From the IMG/VR virus record IMGVR_UViG_3300025517_000058, positions 1 to 44,492 of that record: a stretch of DNA of 44,492 nucleotides; one strand, written 5' to 3'. Shown one piece after another: positions 42,847 through 44,492 of this stretch. The DNA comes from a virus (taxonomy: Duplodnaviria; Caudoviricetes). The notes below the pieces were generated by a model. That model did no database searches, was not told where the DNA came from, and was given only the letters and a program-made list of their open reading frames with translations. Positions within the stretch are counted from its first letter, which is position 1; each line of letters opens with the position of its first letter. The translations under genes were made by a program, and so were the position numbers.

Positions 42847-43272
42847 ATGGCAAGTAAAGTCAGAATGACTTGGCGAGGGCATCGGCTAGTGCAGCAAGTA
42901 CGGGCCGGTGCTCAATCTGGTGCTCAGAGAGCTGCCGATCTCTTCATCGAAGAGGCTCGGCGGCTTATCATTGAAACGCCCAAAAGTGGAGTCATATATT
43001 ATCGCGGAGCTTTAGGCTGGCGGCAGGCTAGTGCGCCGGGTGAGCCACCAGCTAATTTAACCGGTCTCCTTGCAAATAGCTTCAAAATTAACACGTCGCG
43101 GACCGGTACAGTGGTAACAGTATCGATCACGAATACCGCACCTTACGCGCAGTTTCTAGAATTTGGTACGCGTAAGATGGAACCTCGACCATTCATGAGA
43201 GCCGCGTACGCAAACGTTAAAGATAGAATGGTTCAAGTCATTCGGGGCGAGATTCAGAAAAAGGTGACTTGA
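42847..43272 (+). CDS. HK97 gp10-like tail completion protein
   Basis: ASAPGEPPANLTGLLANS, YAQFLEFGTRKMEPRPFMRAA. Confidence 0.85.
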   Translation: MASKVRMTWRGHRLVQQVRAGAQSGAQRAADLFIEEARRLIIETPKSGVIYYRGALGWRQASAPGEPPANLTGLLANSFKINTSRTGTVVTVSITNTAPYAQFLEFGTRKMEPRPFMRAAYANVKDRMVQVIRGEIQKKVT

Positions 43273-43273
43273 T

Positions 43274-44492
43274 ATGGCTGACATTGCGGGTCTCAGTGTA
43301 GCAATCAACATTGATCTTAGTAAGTTTGTCGGTGATATGGAGGTTGCCCGCAAGGCAACCGAAGAACTTACTAAGGGTCTACAGACCTCAGTTGGGCAGC
43401 TTACTTCGGTAAGCAAATCCATTACTGAGGCGGGTAATGCTGTTGCCAATGCGCTGAACAAGTCTACTCAGTTAGTCGAAAAACTGAAGACTACTACCTC
43501 GCAAATGGCTAAAGAACTCGCGACTAACGTTAAGAACGCTAGTCAAGAGTTCAACAGAGCTAATACACAGTCAGCGCAATCAGTCGCCAAGCTTGCCCAA
43601 GCTGTAAATCAAGCAAACTCTGCATTCCAAAGCGTTAGCCAAACTATTACACAATCTGGCCAGCGCGTTGCGCAACAAGCACAAGTTGCGGCAACCGGTG
43701 TGCAGAATATTGGCTCGTCCGCACAACAGGCGGCTGAAGCTTCACGTCAAAGTGCTCAACGTATTCAGCAAGCTTTTAATCAGGCTGGAGGCGCTACAGA
43801 ACAAATCTCGCGCCGTATGGAACAGTCTCTAGAAACAGCCCTGAGGGGTATTCAAGATGCTATTACAGCGCTACAAAGCTCCATGGCTACATTCACAGCT
43901 AGTATGGGGCAAGTCAAAACAACGATAGAAAGTGTAACTCAAGCTGCTCAGAAAAAAAGTGGTGTACTAGTTGAAGTCACAAAGAAGCAAAAAGACGTAG
44001 TTAGCGGTTCGGCTAACTTGGGCCGTTGGTTCCGCGTACTGGTAACTAATATCTTAGGTGTCAACGCGGGAGCCATCGCGCTCGGTACTGCTCTGGGTAA
44101 CTTGGCTACCCAAATGGTAAGCCGCCTTGTGCTGGCAATCATTCAATCATCTACACAATTCTCAACGCTTAATAACCGGCTAGCAGAATCCAGAGCTACT
44201 ATCGGTAATCTAACTCAAGAATTTCAGTTCATTACCAATCAAGCACGGGAAATGGGAGTTGGCCTCAATGCGATGACCGATCGCTGGCTGCAACTCGCTG
44301 AAGGTGCGCGCAATGCTGGCGTTGATGTAGAAAAAGTTCGTGAAGCATTCGCACGTTGGAATGAGACTGTTCAAACGTTCAAAGTGGATACCCTCCGCAG
44401 CTCGTTTGATCGTTTGACCCAAGGTTTCGGTCTCCTTGTAACCAATGTTGATAACACTATCGGCGTAAGCGATAAGCTCATCTGGATTATCA
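43274..44492 (+). CDS. tape measure protein (5' part, runs off window)
   Basis: MADIAGLSVAINIDLSKF..., Ala/Gln/Ser/Thr-rich helical ORF with no stop seen; position after the chaperone genes. Confidence 0.85.
   Translation, partial: MADIAGLSVAINIDLSKFVGDMEVARKATEELTKGLQTSVGQLTSVSKSITEAGNAVANALNKSTQLVEKLKTTTSQMAKELATNVKNASQEFNRANTQSAQSVAKLAQAVNQANSAFQSVSQTITQSGQRVAQQAQVAATGVQNIGSSAQQAAEASRQSAQRIQQAFNQAGGATEQISRRMEQSLETALRGIQDAITALQSSMATFTASMGQVKTTIESVTQAAQKKSGVLVEVTKKQKDVVSGSANLGRWFRVLVTNILGVNAGAIALGTALGNLATQMVSRLVLAIIQSSTQFSTLNNRLAESRATIGNLTQEFQFITNQAREMGVGLNAMTDRWLQLAEGARNAGVDVEKVREAFARWNETVQTFKVDTLRSSFDRLTQGFGLLVTNVDNTIGVSDKLIWII

Noticed and set aside
1-44492. Stop-codon reassignment
   Set aside because: Genes are full length under the standard code and TAA, TAG and TGA all terminate conserved ORFs

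Overview
A 44.5 kb, almost entirely plus-strand segment of a tailed dsDNA phage with siphovirus-type tail genes. The host is probably alphaproteobacterial, inferred from recalled family resemblance of the structural proteins. Order: (1) early/regulatory genes (MarR HTH, PRTase-like protein, primase, SLOG/DUF2493, DUF3102-like, sigma-like factor, acidic/basic protein); (2) a DNA base-modification locus (aGPT-Pplase clade-1-like protein, TAGT/JGT-like glycosyltransferase, dUMP-type thymidylate-synthase homolog, DUF3310); (3) replication and recombination (beta-clamp-like protein, UDG-fused family A polymerase, HAD phosphatase, clamp loader, UvsY-like, gp32-like SSB, RecA, resolvase, DnaB-like and SNF2 helicases, MazG-WYL fusion, SbcD/SbcC); (4) a second glycosyltransferase-FkbM-glycosyltransferase cluster, class II RNR and dCTP deaminase; (5) head and tail genes up to a truncated tape-measure gene, with a -1 frameshift in the tail chaperone. 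Terminase, portal, integrase and lysis genes are not in the window. The best candidate for a new system is a glycosylated-hydroxymethyluracil (base-J-like) DNA modification pathway with no adjacent P-loop DNA kinase, possibly extended by the second glycan/methylation cluster. Other notable signals: a MazG-WYL fusion, a gutted 2H/Acb1-like remnant in the head protease, a 30-bp perfect palindrome, recurrent intergenic motifs, and an RNR leader with NrdR-like boxes and a start-stop element. All family calls are by motif recognition from memory; no searches were run.
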